From: Amoebidium appalachense
Taxonomy: Eukaryota; Protista; Ichthyosporea
Reading direction: 5' to 3'
DNA: 64,000 nt
NCBI GenBank assembly: GCA_963693365.1
Contig: CAVNZM010000005.1
Location: 4,153,716 to 4,217,715, forward strand
The position numbers were made by a program, and so were the translations under genes. Below the pieces are notes generated by a model. It was not told the DNA's origin, did not search any database, and was given only the letters and a program-made list of their open reading frames with translations. Shown here piece by piece: positions 43,619-57,700 of this stretch (positions are counted from its first letter, which is position 1; each line of letters opens with the position of its first letter).

Positions 43619-44971
43619 CTTTTTTAGGAAAACTGGTAAGTTGAAATTTTGACCTTTGCACATTTGTAGTGGATGTTTTTATGATCAGTGACTGGCAAGC
43701 ACACCGATGGGTACCGATTGAATAAATGGAATGGGGCGCTGGACGCCCACTCTTATATGTCACTGATATTAGCCCCTCCCTTCCTCGCTCCCTCTGAGAC
43801 TTCCCCTCTGCCTCTCTAACCTCCCCCCTCCCCCCTCCCCCCTGCCCTCGCCTCCCGCCTAAAGCTGTGTCTTTCACTCCCCTGCTCCGCCTCGTTCCAA
43901 AGACAAACCGGCGACGTCATCGACATAGCCCCTATCTTCCTCCCAGCCTCTCCCCCTGTCTCTCTTACTCTCTGCCTCTCACTGCCCCCCCCCCCCCCCC
44001 CTCCCCCCTCCCCCCCCTTCCCCGCCCTAACCCCCAACCCCACAAATCAAAACCGTTATTTTTCACACCCCTGCTCCTCCGCCCGCCCCGTCCCAGAGAC
44101 AAACCATGTCTGGTTCCTTACACACCCACCCTGGCAGCCGTGTGGTTTGCTTTGCGCTTGGTGCATTTGGTATGCTGCTCTCGGGCGCAACGTACATGGA
44201 GACTCGGGTGTGTGGAAACTGGCCCGGGGGTATCTATATACCCCGCAAAGGGAGGGAGGGGGGAGGGGAGGGGAGGAGGGAGGGGGGGGGGAAGGGGGGG
44301 GGGGGAGGGGGGGAGGGGGGAAGCACATGCATTGTCTATGTCGGTACCGGTCCGAAAGTTTGCAATGCCAGTGCAATACTTAAACGAACATGGTCATATG
44401 TCTGGGGATGCCGAGTTGTGTTTTTCTTTTTTTTTTTTTTTTTTTGTTTTTGTGGGGTGGGGGGGGTGGGGGGGGGGGGGGGGGGGGAGCTTATATAATT
44501 AAGGGCCGGGGGGGGGGGGGGGGGGGGTTGTTGAAGAGTTTGAATATTAAGGTGCGAGGTGCATCGATGTGCCACTCAGTCTACGAAATAGCGAGCGCGA
44601 GGAATAAAAGCACACCAGGGCAGAAGGACCAAAACAAAGCCAGAACATCCTCATCATGTCAGACTGCACAAGTGGCTTGACATGGTGATTATGATATGAT
44701 ACAATTGTAAGGTGCATGGTACACGGTGTCATTCATTTGGGTGCAAACATTCATCCTTAAAGGGTGTGCATTTGACAGGTGTTTGTGTGTGTGTGTGTGT
44801 TTTTTTTGAGGGGGAGGGGGGGGGGGGGGGGGGGAAGGGGGGGAAGGAAGGGAGCGGAGGAGGGGGAGGGGGGTGGCGCCACTGGGTGCATGTATCAAAT
44901 TGGGTAGGTGGGTGTAACGTGCGTATGTGTTCGTGATCTTGTTCGTGTCTCTGTGTGTTCGTGTACGCGTG

Positions 44972-45005
<34 letters not shown>

Positions 45006-45055
45006 CTGTGTGTATATAATGTGTGCCTGTGTGCGTGCGCGCGCTGGTGTGTCTC

Positions 45056-45088
<33 letters not shown>

Positions 45089-45401
45089 CGTGGGTGGGTG
45101 GGTGTGGGTATGCGCCTGTGTATATATATATATATATACATGTGTGCGCGCGCGTGTGTGGGAGTTTGTGTGTGTGCGTCTGTATACAATGTCCTCTCGC
45201 GCTAAGCCTTTCATGAACCCCTGATCAGGCCCAAAGTGAATGAATAAGCCAGTTAATAGTATTGATACATAACCATATATGGTGTTGCGTCTCAACAGTT
45301 ACTAGTAGATTGGTTTGGGGGGAATTCTGGCTGTCTCCCTATGCTATCGAGTAGGGCAAGCTGTATATTGAAAAGAAGGGAATCTACATGGGCGAGGGGC
45401 C

Positions 45402-45439
<38 letters not shown>

Positions 45440-45700
45440 CGGGCGCGCGCGCCCGTGTGTTTGTGTGTGGTGTGTGTTGTGTTTGTGAGTCTGCCTGGGA
45501 TATGAAAGCCCAGGGGAATTCGAAGGTTATTGGGGAGGGGGGATGCATGTGTGGAAATCCATTGTCCCCGTCCGCATATAGGGTGTGGGTGTCAACTATT
45601 AGTATGTAGTTGCAACTAGTGGGGAGGGTTCGGGGTCAGTAGCGGTCTGGTGGCATGGTGGGTGTTCGTGTTCGTGTTTGTGTGATCGTGTGGTTGTGTG

Positions 45701-45770
<70 letters not shown>

Positions 45771-46295
45771 GTGTGCCTGTGTATTGAAGTGTGAGCCTGC
45801 CCATACGCATCCTTGTGTGTCAGCGTGTGGTCGTGGGTGTTGTGGGTGGTGTGTGTGTGTGTGTGTGTGTGTTGTGTACGTGTGTGTGTGTCGACGTGTG
45901 TGCGTTGCGTGTCTGTCTGTGTGTGTCTGTATGTGTGCGTGTGTGGGTGCTCAGTGTGCTTGTGCTTGTTTTGTGCACGTTTACATGTATGTATGTGTGC
46001 ATGTGTGTGTGTGTGTGTGTATCCGTGTGGGCAAGCTTCTCCCTCCTCTCTCCGTCACCCCTCTCTCTTCCCGCTCGGTCTCTCGTTGTGTGTGTGAGGC
46101 GGACGGATGTGTGGTTTGGGTTGTATATTTATGTGCATGCGCGTTTCTTTTCTTGTGTGTGTGTGTGTTTGTTTGTTTGTTTGTGTGTGTGTGTGTGGTG
46201 GTGGTGGTCATGTGTTTTTGTGATTTGCGTGTACATTTGTTTGTGTTTGTGTGTGTGCGTGTGTGTGTGTATGGGGGGGGGGGGGGGGGGGGGGG

Positions 46296-46472
46296 TTTGA
46301 ATGCGGAACACAGTACGAAGTACGCATACACGATGAGAAGCATGGTGCAGGACACATGCAAAGGCAAACATTCAACTATGCAGCATCAGCCATGCGCACA
46401 GTATGCGTCATAAGCAGAGCCCATCCTCAGGGAGGGCCCAAGTCATCAATTGCGTCTGAGTTTCGACCCCTT
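46296..46472 (-). mobile_element. Family B repeat, 5'-truncated, flanked on both sides by pure G runs
   Basis: Matches the other B copies; G runs of more than 20 nt on both sides. Confidence 0.92.
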
Positions 46473-47137
46473 CGGGGGGGGGGGGGGGGGGGGGGGAGTT
46501 GAAAGCCAAGTGCAGGCGAAAGAAACCAATATATTGACTGGATACCCAGAGATCATGTTTTTAATCAATTAGCTACTCACTAGGTGTAAAATGGAAAACA
46601 GCATACCCGGTGAGTCACTACCAGCCCGGCATATTAACTTTTGCTTCGTGTTTGACAGATAGATTGTAGCGAAAATGGTGTTGCATAAAGACTGGAGTGT
46701 GGGTCTAACAGCAAGGTTCGATACGATACTATTAACAATGCTTAACCAAAAACACACGACGTTTTTATAAGCTTTAACCATTTCAGTGAACCCAACAGCC
46801 CCCCCCCCCCCCCCCCCCCTTCCCTCCTCCCTCCCCCCCCCCCTCCCCCCCCCCCCCCCAAAAAAAAAAAAACAAAAAAAAACAAGGAATACCACCTATC
46901 ACCCAAATCATCGTAATACAACCCAAAATAACTAATTTTGACTGTTACCTAAGTCATGCTCTCTATCAGAAAGTTTCCCCAAGTCCTGCAATTACGGGCA
47001 TCAAATAATGACCTAAACTGCACCCCATTCACCCACTGTAAATACATGTAAAGTAAATCGATAGATCAATATATCAAATTGCACACATCACACAACACAA
47101 ACACGTGTTTTCAAATAATGACATTTCGCCAAGCTAG

Positions 47138-49083
47138 CTACGAGGGCAGGAAACTCTTGTGAACGTTGCGTTGGTGCTTCCTCATGTGTGTGTCCTGCGT
47201 AAACCGTGCCTGACACCCATCCACCCCACACAAGTAGGGCCTCTCACCCGTGTGCACACGTGCATGCCGCTCCAAACTGCTGGGATAGCGGAAGGAAGAA
47301 GTACACCCCGGGTAGACACATTTGCACGGACCTGTGCGTCTCTTGTTCTTCTTGGTGCCCGTTCCCCCCGTGTTGGTGCTGCTGCTCTTGCTGTGGCTCT
47401 TTTTGTGGCTGTTCTTTCCTCCCCCACTGCTCATCTTAAGCTTGAGCTTGATCCCGCTGGGCTCATTCCCCTCCTCATCCCTCCTCATCTCCCCCATCCT
47501 CCTCCCCGTCCTCATCGTCATCTTCCAACGAATCCGACTCCACCTCACTCATCCGCTCTGTCCGCGAAATCGCCGATGCCGCCGCCAAGGCAGCCGCCCT
47601 GCTTGGGGGTGGACGTGCATCGATAAGAACGGTGGGTGCGGCCTTTGTCTTCGGGGTGATACGTGTGGGCTGGGGAGGTACAAAACCCTCGTCCTCCGTC
47701 TCCTCAACCTGGTTCTTCTGGTTGGGCCATGTCTCGGGCTCCGTTTCGCTGTCGCTGGACCCATCCTGCACGGCAAAGTTGGACGCGTAGATGGACACCA
47801 CGGGGGGGGAGTTGCTGTTGCTTGCCGCCCTAGCAAGCATGCTGCGCGGGACGCCTGCCGTGCGCGAGTTCTTGCCGTCCGAGTCCACGGACTTCTTAGA
47901 GCCCTTGCGTGCACGCTTCTTCTTGTGGGTGCTGCGGTGGCTCTCCAGGGTGTCTGCCTCCAGAAACGCGGCGGAACACCCCGGGTGGTCGCACTTGTAC
48001 GGCCGCTGCGCCGCGTGCTGGCTGAGGTGCCCCCTTAGGCCCACTGCAGAGGGGAACGCCGCCGTGCAGCCCTCGTGCACACACTTGTACTTGAGAAGGT
48101 CGAGGATGAGCCGCTCCTCCTCCGTACTCTCCGTGTACTCCATGTGCGAGTGGCTCAGGGTGCTCGGCCCTTGTGTCCCGCCTATCCGTGTGGGGGGGGG
48201 TGGGACTCGCGTCGGACTCGCTCACGTGCTGTGGCTCCCCGTAGCCCCACACCCTCCCCTGCAACCGCGTGTGCTCCTCTCGTGCTGCTTCGGCCAAAAG
48301 ACCCACCCCGTAGCCCTCTCCCTGGCTTGGGTCCGGCTTGAACCGTTTGTCGCTGCCGTCTAGGTGTGTTAATACCCACGCGGCCTCTGCCTCCGAATTG
48401 GTGCGTTTTCGAGGGAACATGGGCACCTCTTCGGTCCGTTCTATAAGGCTGGCCACCGAGTGAAGGATGCGCTTGGGCGGTGATGCACCACCTGCCTCGT
48501 CATTTCCCTGCTTTGGGAAGGCTGCTGAAACGTCTCCCGGGCGTGAGTATATCTCAGCCGGGTTAAGCGGCCTTGGCGGTGGTGGCGGTGGTGGTGGGAA
48601 CACGAGCACGGGCTTAGCATCGTCCCCCTCTGCTATTGTCTCGTGTACTATGTCCTCGTCCGTGTCGCTGTTCACCTCTTCCACCTTAATCCCCCGTGGC
48701 CCGTTTGTCGCCGTTGTTTGTTCCCCGTCACCCGTATGTGGCGGCTCCTCTGGACGAACGTAAGTGTGCAAAACGGCGTCCGACTCCGGACCTGCTCCAG
48801 CTGCATAGTCCAGGTGGGCATCCAGTATTCCTGGCGGGTCGGAGGACAGTGTTTCCGTCACAGTTAGGCCATCGTGTGCGGGTTCCTTTAACATCAGCGG
48901 ACTATTGCCTACTGCTGGCTTTGTGTCTTCCGTGTGGCTGTCGTGTTGGGCCCCCGCTGTGCTTTGGGCCCCCATTTGCGTATATGTTGGTGAACTGTGC
49001 GTGCCGTCTGACTCTAAATTGAGTAGTGACGAACAGAAGTGATCGTCACCTGCCCCTTGGGCTGTGTTATCACTCCCCTCCAT
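47138..49083 (-). CDS. C2H2 zinc-finger transcription factor (two finger pairs) with two apparent +1 frameshifts
   Basis: ORFs 47896-49083, 47475-48143 and 47138-47548 join into one protein if one base is removed in the run at 48192-48200 and one near 47480. Fingers: YKCVHEGC..H, YKCDHPGC..H, CVYPGC..HTGERPYLCGVDGC..H. Confidence 0.8.
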
Positions 49084-49694
49084 GAAAAAAGATGCTAAAA
49101 AAAGGGACCGAGGCAGTGCATGCCCCCGTCCGTGCGTAGATAACGGTGTTTATGTATTTTGAAGGGTTACCCTGCCGGTAACCCTGCCCTGGGCAAGTGA
49201 CTTTGTCAAATTCGGATCAGAACTTCGCTCGATAATAAGGCCCGCAAAAGGAACCCCCCTCAATCCCCCTGTTCGTGTGCTGGAAAGTGACAAACCAAAG
49301 TTGCTAAAAACTGTGCGTGTATGTTTATCTTTTCCTATAAATATTCAACAACCAGTTGACTGCGCTCCTCCCCCTCACCCCCCTCTCTTCTCCCTCTCTC
49401 CCCGGCTAGCCCTCTCTCCCTCCCTCCCTCTCTCCCTCTCTCTCTCGAGCTCCCTCACTTATGTGCTGGCACGCTAAATTTGCAAGCAGTAACAGAAATA
49501 TCTTCAACAATGCGCGTTCTATTGCCTCTAACTCACTCCCTTTCCACTAATGCACTCGTTTCACTTATGCATGTTCCTGTATACTCGCCCTATAAAACAC
49601 AACTTGCTTTCTGTCGCCCGTTTATCTTTGACCTTTACGCCAGTTTACGCCACAGCCCTATCTATTTTGCCCCCCCTCCTGATGCGTTTATTTG

Positions 49695-49749
49695 ATTGGC
49701 GGAGACACCCGCGCACCGAATGCGTCCGTTGAACCACACGATGACGTCA
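49695..49749. promoter_or_regulatory. CCAAT box plus CRE palindrome upstream of the zinc-finger gene
   Basis: ATTGG at 49695 and TGACGTCA at 49742-49749. Confidence 0.45.
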
Positions 49750-50598
49750 CCAGTGCACTTCCCAACATAAAACAAATACTTGAAACCTAACTTAGATAAT
49801 ATAGTATACTTGGAAGGTAGCCAGCGAATCCTATTGCTCACCTGCAAACAGAAAAAAAAAAAACCATGGGGAGGGGCGTTGGCTAGTGAAATGCATGCGC
49901 ATGGCACGACCTCGAGGATGCAATCAGCATTGGCGCTAGCTCCTCACCATGGCCATGGGTGGCGCCTGGCCATGGCAGCATGCTGACATGCCAGCAAGAA
50001 GCTAGAGAATGACCTGGCATAAACCATCAGGGCTTGACAATTATAAGTAGCTGTAGAGAAAGAAATGAGTGAGATTGGCATTTATCTTACCAAAAGTTGC
50101 TTTGCAATGGCTGTTAATGCGAGATCTGGTTCCAAGTGCATGTTGCCTCAACTTGATCATTAAAGCATGGCTGGTGTGCATCTATGCTATTCCGCCTGCG
50201 TGCATATTCCGGGAGTGCTACTGTACCGGGGCACTATATTCAGCCTTGGGGAATACCAACGCCTCACTTAGTGTGCACGCCTTTCCCCTTCCGTCGCAGG
50301 TTGCTGTGCATCATGATGCATCGCATTGTGCCCCCCTTGTCCCTGGGCGGAAGACGGTAAGCACAACTTGCTAAAACTCCAAAATTGACAATTTACCCGC
50401 TCCCCTGAGGCAGTGCCTCGCCGGGAGTGAAAAATAAAAAATAGAAAAAAGCATTGTGCCCCCATATATTTAACGGTTGGAGGGAAATTCTGGAATGTTC
50501 TAACGGCAGCTCGGGGAGGTTCAAGGGGAAAGTGGGAGGGGGGAGGGGGGGGGGGGGGGGGGGGAGGGGTGTGTTTTTTTTTGTTTGTTTTTTTTGGT

Positions 50599-50667
<69 letters not shown>

Positions 50668-51995
50668 TTTCACATCATCGGATCTGTGCCGTAGTACTGT
50701 TAGCTGAGCACATAGATATTAGATAGTACCCTAACTGTCGGTGCTGTGTGGCAGACGGTAACTCCCTCGAGGGCCTGCAAGGGTCCTCCGGAAACAAACC
50801 GTGACAAACGTATATAAAATTATGCAGTACTATTGTAAGGGCTCTTATCACCTTTTGTGCATGTATGCCATCGTAAGCAGCTGCCCTGTTGAGGCAATAC
50901 ATGCCGTCATATCAAAGCTCTGAGCACCCCCAGGCTGCAGCTGTAACGTTTACAGCATGAGGCGGCTGATTCGAAACGAGGAGTAGGGGGTGGAATCTGT
51001 TTTTTCTTTTGAGTGGGTGAGGGGGGGGGGGGGGGGGGGCAGATATTTGTGTAGTCGCCGATCGATATCATGCTACACAGTGACTGAATTAGTTAAATAG
51101 GCTAGCTAGTTGCCAAACGGTGCAGTGGGTTTAATGCTAGAGAACATAATGAGGTTGATTTCTGACTAAGTAGAATAAAATGTAGAGGGCGGCAGGGCAG
51201 AGGCGGAACAAGGCCGTACCGGGGGGAGGGGAAGTGGGGCGCAGGGGGAGGGGGGGAGAGGGGGGGGGGGGGGGGGGAGCGGACGGGAAGGGGCCGCCGG
51301 GGGGAGGCCCTGGGCAAGGCAGGGGGAGCTTCGGCCGAGGCCGAGGGGTGGGGGGTGGGGGGGAGGTTGGATTGAAGGGGGGGAAGGTGGGGGTGATGGT
51401 CCAGGAGGCTCCGCGAACTGACACGGCAATCTTTTCTACTATTGTCCTGAACTAATACATATGCTCATTCATTTGTTGCATGGAATCTACGGTGTCGGGC
51501 CCGTTATCGGTACGAACCATCATGTGTATAGTTGGAAAGTCAGGAAAAGGCGCCGGGGGGACTCAGGGGGGGGGGGGGGGGAGAGAGAGAGAGAGAGAGA
51601 AGGGACGGGGGGGAACGCAGGGTGAGGGGGGAGGGACCCCGGACCGGAGGGGGGGGGAGGGGGGGGGGGGGGAGGCGGGGGAAGGGGGTAGGGGGATCGC
51701 GGACCCAAGGGTGGATGAATTGTTTCGAGTTATTGGCGGCTGCCGTTTTGGAGTGTGGCCGCATACTTCGACCAACTCGGAGGCTGCTACCATACCGTAT
51801 GGTAACATTTCAGCCTGCAGCTGAGAGAGCGAGAGAGCCTCGTGTGGGTACATGTCACACTGTGCGCATGCGTGCGGGTGTGACTGTATGTGTGCTAGGG
51901 GGAGGGGTGCTGGAGAGAATGGGGGGGGGGGGGGGGGGGGGGGAAGGTGGGAAGCGATGCGCGGCCCTAGCTGCCAGGGCTTAGGGGCGGGGGGG

Positions 51996-52043
<48 letters not shown>

Positions 52044-53455
52044 TTCCCAGAGAAAGAGCGAAAGGGGCAATGGTATGGGGAGGGGGGGGGGGGGTGGGGG
52101 GCGGAATCGGAGGGGCCTGGCTAAGATAGAGGGGGCGGGGGGAGGAAGGGGGTGGGGGGAGGGGGTGTGTGTGTGTGGGGGGGGGGGGGGGGAGGGGGGG
52201 GGGGTGATGGGGGACTCCGAGGTGAATGCATGATTATAAGAAGTTTTCGGCCCAGGGCGTCGGTCCACTAATAAGAACATCCCAATATATGCCGCGCAGC
52301 TGTTTGTGGTCCATGTCCTCAAAAAACCCCACTAGGCCGCTGGTTTGTTTTCATGACTGGGGGTTCTTAAGGTCGGACGGCATCTGTAATGCAAGTCATT
52401 TAGAATCCATCCCGTTAGGCTAGGGGCATTGGCAAGCTTGCATGCATTTCAGAAGCCAGCGTTAGGTGGATCACCCGCCGTCACCGTGATGACTACTTAT
52501 AATTACAGAAGCATCGACAATGCACAGGGCAGGGTTAGTGAAACGGCCCGGTGATTGTTACAACAAAATCTTACAATAACGTGTGCCGATAATTGTACTG
52601 CAACACCTACACACTTCTTACGCCACTATAGTTTGCAACCTCGAGCTCCCCCGGAGGGGGGAGGGGAGGCTCGAGGATAAAATAATAAAACACTTAAGTC
52701 TAGGTAGCCTAGCGCTCTCCTACCGGTAGTTATCAGGCAAATCGAACAGCTGTTTTGTCAAAGAAAGGGGCTCACGGGCAAGGCAGTGTGTGTGTGTGTC
52801 ACCGGTGGTGGTGGGGTGGTGGGTGGGTTGGGGGGGGGGGGGGAGGGGGGGGGGGGGGGGGGAGAGGGGGGAATATACAAGCTGTCAGTCTGAGCGCCCA
52901 GCCAAATCTTAGGAACCAAAAGGAGATATTTATTTGGTCCCACCCAGCTTTCAAGACCAGGGGGCTTCTAAAGGCTGGGAGTAATCCATTCTTTTACAAC
53001 TAGATCTAAGAGATACCAGCCCCCATCTTCACTATGGGCCCATACCGTACTTCAGCGACTAAGGTTTACAGAGCGCTGCTAATTATTTTTTATATATCAT
53101 AATTATCACAGTTTGTTATCGACTTCAAAAACGGTAAAACCGCCTCGATGCACGAATCAGTCGACACATTCAGCATATATAAGAAAGCACATATAGTCTA
53201 CAGTCTCCAAGCTCATATTTCCTATACATCTACTTATTCGTCCTCAGCCCCAAATCACACGTTTACTATATGCCATGACTTAATATGAAACTACACCCCG
53301 GCAGCCCACTAACTACACACCAGAGCCTTGCACACAAACACATACTACCTATTACCCCCCATCCAAACATCACCTTCAAGCCCAGCCCAATCATCAGACT
53401 GCCAATCCTATTGCACCCGCACACACACAACCCACACACACCCCATTTCCCCCCC

Positions 53456-53791
53456 TCACATAGTCAGCAAGCGCGACTGGCCAGCCGTAGCCCCAGCCAC
53501 CACACCCGTCTCGGCGACGGCCTGACCCTGAATAATACTTCTGGGGAAGTCGGGGAAAGACGGCCCGGTAGAAGGGTCTATCAGAGAGCCATCGGCGTTA
53601 ACCACATAGGGGTAGCGCATGAGGTGCCCGGGCATGGCCACTGGCTCGGGTTGGGCGTACATGGCCCAGTTGTGGTCAGCAATCTGGTTGACGCGTTGAA
53701 CGCACTCGAGGAGGGACGGGTTGGAGAAGCAGGGCTCCGTGAGAACGTTAGGCCCGATGTGCTCCTCCCACAGAGACATGCGGAAGCCGAA

Positions 53792-53847
<56 letters not shown>

Positions 53848-53933
53848 GGGGGGACGTGGTGAGGGTTTATCTACGTGCAACGTAAAATGAATCACAAGGC
53901 ATATATATATATATATATATATATCTATATCTA

Positions 53934-53978
<45 letters not shown>

Positions 53979-54725
53979 CACGCGAGAGGATCCGGCACAG
54001 GTACTCATTCTGCCATGTAGTTGGCATACTTGCCCAGAAATTGTAGAATGAGAAAAGCGCGTGTTGGAATAGTAGAACACCATTTCATGTGGCCATACAC
54101 TGGTTCGGCAATTTAGGCGGGGGGAAGGGAGAGAGGGGGCGGGGGGGTGGGGGGGGGGGGCAAGTGACAAACAAGCAAGAAAGTGCCAGGCCACCGAAAT
54201 GACTGAAATAGGACTGCCTACCACCTCGAGATCCCCCTGGAATGATCGTTGTGGTGTGGTGTTAGATTTGATGCGTGTAGATGGGCGGGCGGGTAAGTGC
54301 TTGTGTGCGTGTATGTATGTATGTGTGTGTGTGTGTTTGTGCTTGTCTGGGTGGGGAGGAAGAGGGGGGATGGGTAGCACACCTCTCCCTTGGGGCACTG
54401 GCCGTGAGCAGCCTCGACGGTGTGGTTGACCTGCTGTGCGCCCATTGCAATCTCAGTATCACGGGCACCGTCCATGGAGCGCTGGTTGATGTTTGCCGTA
54501 CCAATGATGACGTACTGGTCGTCCACAATCATCATCTTGCTGTGCACGTAGATCATCTGCCTGCAACCCAATTCCGTGAAGAAAAGTGTGAGATCTGTGT
54601 CCATTTGTTCCTTGGTGTGTGTCTGTGTGTGTGTGTCTGTGTGCGTGCGTGAATGCACACACCCGCCTCTCCCCCCACGCGGCCATCTGTGTAACGTGTC
54701 GGACTACATGCTTGTGCGTCCCTTG

Positions 54726-54756
<31 letters not shown>

Positions 54757-57700
54757 GTGTGTGTGCCCCCCGCCTCCCCCCCCCCAAGGCCCCCACGTGT
54801 ATGCGTGTAATGTCGGGCTCGGATGAGAGGGCAAGGACAAGCAAGCACGGCAACCGTGCATGCATGAGCGCTCGTGTGTGTGCACAGCCCCTGCCTTTGT
54901 CCACGTGATCAACTGCCCAGCTTCCACCACCATCAATAAAATAAAAAAAAAGGAGGAGGGAGGGAGGGGGGGAAGGAGGGGGGGGGAGGGGGGGAGAAAG
55001 GGCACAAAACGAACAGGATGTAGGAGCAAACCCCACGCTACAGCAGCACAACATGTATGTGAAAGCTTGCTCAGATATTGCACAAGTGTAATCCCATCCT
55101 CTGTTTTGGCGTGTGTATGTATGCACACATGCATGCCGGACCGGGGCCCTACCTCTTGGACTGGGCCATGCTCAGGTGCACGCCACTCAGGCCGGTAAGG
55201 TTGGGGTTGGCGTTGGGCTCGCGGGTGCCCGGGGAGTAGAAGTTGAGGTAGTCCGTGGGGTGTGCATTGATCCCCTGAAACCGTGCCCTTTCAGCTACAA
55301 ACACCGAAACCCCCCCCCCCCCCAAAAAAAACAAAAAAAAAAAAAAACCGAAAAGAAAAGAAAAAGAAAAAACAAACTAAAAACACAATCCCATTGCCCC
55401 TGCAACCATTCCTTGCCTTCGCTCCAAACAGCAAATGCATGCATTACCACCGTGACCGATCACAAAAATCCCTAGCCCCCCCCCCCCCCCCCCCCCCTTC
55501 CATATGCACCGCCTTTTCCGCGCACCTACACCTACACAGAGTACATACACCCGCACATGTACCTACCCCTTTTAAAACCCCCCGTGGGCGCCCCCACATA
55601 CACACCAACTGAACATAAACACACAGACCACCACTTCAGACAACCCTCCCCTCCCCCCTCCATCACGCCCACCAAAAACCCATTTCTACCTTCTGGCGGA
55701 TGGCATCAGCAACCCTCTTGTACATCATCTGCACGGTCAGGAACTGCCAGCGCAAGATCTCCTTAATGGGGGCGCTCTCAGGGTCACCCTCGGGGAATAG
55801 CGGCACCATGATGTAGACGGCAAACCGCTCACCGGCAAAGATCTTCTGACGGATCTTCTGCACAATCTCCCATGGGATCATGTGGGTTGAACCCTTGACT
55901 GGCGGGTCCCACACCTGTAGCACCAAAAAAAAATCAGCTCACACCCGGTGCACCTAACTATGGCGTGATTGCAGGCAGATGTTTAAAATGCACGAATTGG
56001 GGTCATTGATGTGAGTAGCAGCTCATTTGCAAGCACAAGGTACACCGTGGGGAGCGAGCCCCGGGGGGGGGGGGGGGGGGGGGGGTTTGAATGCGGAACA
56101 CGGTACGAAGTACGCATACACGACGAGAAGCATGGTGCAGGACACATGCAAAGGCAAACATTCAAGTATGCAACATCAGCAATGCACACAGTATGCGTCA
56201 TAAGCAGAGCCCATCCTCAGGGAGGACCCAAGTCATCAATTGCGTCTGAGTTTCGACCCCTTAGCCCGTGTATATACGACGCTCCAACTCAGACAGCAGC
56301 ATCAACTGAACTTGGGCAGGTCAAAACGGGGGGGGGGGGGGGGGGTTTGAATGCGTCAAAAAGTACGAAGTACACAAGAACAAACGGATAACACGATGCA
56401 GAATGCAAGCCATACATAAAGAGTATGCATAATAAGCAGAGCCCATCCTCAGGGGGGGCCCACGTCATCCACAGTACCCGAGTTTCGACCTATTCCCCTC
56501 GTTAACGAAACCCAACTCAGATACTGTTTCACTTGAACATGAGTAGGTCACCCGTCTTGATCAGAGACGAGCAGGGTTGCTTATGCAGGCAAGGGCAGTG
56601 GGAAAGGCCGGGGGTTAAAGTTGCAGCAGTAAGCAGAAGCAAGAAAAATATAGATAGGAACTCAGGAGACGGGGCTTCTAGGAAGCTCCCCCGTCGATAC
56701 CTAAGTCGATACTTCCCTGGCTAACATACTACACCAGCTGAAAAGAATTAAGTCCCGAAGGCCACAGAATTCGTAATCAGAGGGGAAAATATGAGATTTG
56801 ACCCACGCCGCAGGGTAGTAACACGCTTACTAGGGCGGAACTTTATCGTCTTCGAACGGAAAGCTATGCCCCCGGATGTCAGCCGGAAATATGGTATCAC
56901 CCATTGCTTTGGGCTTGAAAAAAGCCAAACCGATAGTCCGAGTTATGTTACGCCGGCGGGTAACAGGGGGGGGGGGGGGGGGTGGAGGATGTGTATGCCT
57001 ACATGCATACATATCTCTGGAGTCCACTGCCCCTTTGTGTGTGTGTGCGCGTGTGGTATGTGTGTTTGTGTGTGTGCGGGCGTGTGGCGTGTGTGTGCGT
57101 GTGTGCATGTGTGCGTAGCATACCTGGCTGGAGCCCAGGAAGTACTGGTTCTCAATGTAGATGTGGTGCTTTGCACGGCGGATGGCGTGGATGTACGCAC
57201 GCTGGATGCTCATGTCCACAAAGCGGCCCTTCTTGCACTGCACACGCAGCACCTCGCTGTCCCCACGGGTGAAGTTGGCGCTGCGCCCGTCAATGGACCG
57301 GAAGACCTGCACCGCCCACTCCTGCATGCCACGGCCACGTGGGTGAGCATGCCCCAACCACTCAAACGAACAAGACTACATACTTTAAGCCCGGTTAACC
57401 CCCCCCCCCCCCTCCCCCTCCCCGCCCCCCCGGAAATCTCAAGACCCCAAAACGTGCCATTAGGCCCCCAGTGCACAATGGTGCAAGAGAAAAAGACACA
57501 AGGGTGATGATGGGGAAAAAACGGTGGGAGAGAAAAAGAGCAAGGGGGAGGATGCGGAAAAGGGAGACATGCAGGAGGAGGGGGAAACAGGAGGGAAGCA
57601 CCCACCGAGGGAAGAGGGGAAAGGGGAGGAGAGGCATCAACATTGTTTATGCAAGAGTGCACGAGCTTTCGTACCAACAAAACCGCGAATCAATCTAAAG

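Noticed and set aside
47470-48200. Programmed frameshifting or pseudogenisation of the C2H2 gene
   Set aside because: Both shifts are single extra bases in or beside G/C runs and the fingers are intact; assembly indels are the simplest explanation, pending read inspection.
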